64,000 nucleotides of DNA from Flavobacteriaceae bacterium (GTDB lineage Bacteria; Bacteroidota; Bacteroidia; Flavobacteriales; Flavobacteriaceae). The notes below the pieces were generated by a model that was given only the letters and a program-made list of their open reading frames with translations, ran no database searches and was not told the DNA's origin. The DNA is taken from positions 18,902 through 82,901 of the forward strand of contig JAXLVE010000003.1 in the NCBI GenBank assembly GCA_046329175.1, in the 5' to 3' direction. The position numbers and the translations under genes are program-made. The stretch's first letter is position 1. Each line of letters begins with the position of its first letter. This document shows, in pieces, positions 63,613-64,000 of the stretch.

Positions 63613-63871
63613 GGCTTGTAAAAATTTTAAAGTTATTATAGCATTTATCAGCCCTTTGAGAACTGTGTTGCCAAAGTTGGAATATTGCTCCGAAAAGATT
63701 CGGTTGTTAAGCGTTTATTTTCGTTTGTAGCCGTTTGCAATTGTTTGTCACAACAAATTTATTCTTACATTTGACTGAGCCTAAAACTCTTAGAAACTGT
63801 TTTTGGCAGCTACGTCAGCGCAGTTGTATCAATGGCCCCGGCAGTTTGAGAGAGCAATTTATTTATATGCC

Positions 63872-64000
63872 ATGAAAACTTGTTTAGAATGCCACGAAAG
63901 AGTCATCGGTCGTGATGACAAAAAATTTTGTAGTGATGGATGTCGCAACAGCTACAACAACCGAATCAACAAAGACGCCAACAACCTGATGCGCAATATC
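63872..64000 (+). CDS. partial ORF (5' end only) encoding a Cys-rich zinc-ribbon-like protein
   Basis: ATG at 63872, open to the window edge: MKTCLECHERVIGRDDKKFCSDGCRNSYNNRINKDANNLMRNI... Confidence 0.4.
   Translation, partial: MKTCLECHERVIGRDDKKFCSDGCRNSYNNRINKDANNLMRNI

Overview
This is a chromosomal segment from a Bacteroidota, probably Flavobacteriia-like. The evidence for that placement is T9SS C-terminal sorting domains of both type A and type B, TAnnTTTG-type -7 promoter boxes, an OlsF-like lipid synthase and a DUF4286 protein.

Most of the window is ordinary housekeeping: xth, proC, mgtE, rsmA, serS, rseP, tRNA-Asn, mfd, metG, ssb, tdh and cell-wall enzymes. I saw no rRNA, CRISPR array, transposase, integrase or recognisable defence system.

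Three regions stand out:

1. **Giant adhesin-like gene (20447-33601, about 13.2 kb).** It encodes a secreted adhesin-like protein with a T9SS type-B C-terminal domain.
   - It is built from a two-level repeat hierarchy: 33 near-identical 240-bp Big_2-like Ig units in five runs (4, 4, 7, 3, 15), separated by four 531-bp Fn3-like plus Ig-like linker modules.
   - The reading frame is broken twice near the 5' end, by a net -16 nt lesion at about 22810-22823 and a +1 C at about 23666-23668.
   - The locus is therefore a pseudogene or phase-off allele, or it carries assembly or sequencing errors.
   - No PorP/SprF-like partner gene is adjacent.
2. **Reductive pyrimidine catabolism operon (33724-44543, minus strand), which looks complete.** It runs PreT/PreA, dihydropyrimidinase, NCS1 permease, beta-alanine transaminase and malonate-semialdehyde dehydrogenase. 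It carries two non-homologous N-carbamoyl amidohydrolases and no regulator gene.
3. **A family of about 80-90 bp structured intergenic repeats, with six copies in two subfamilies.** The central hairpin is maintained by compensatory changes between copies.

Smaller oddities:
- a tandem pair of membrane-anchored paralogs followed by a lipoprotein with truncated-hemoglobin motifs, with a terminator-containing leader between the paralogs
- a 2-hydroxyacid dehydrogenase fused to a VOC domain
- a metzincin-Fn3-CUB-T9SS protease

All functional calls come from reading the translated ORFs for motifs. No database search was run.
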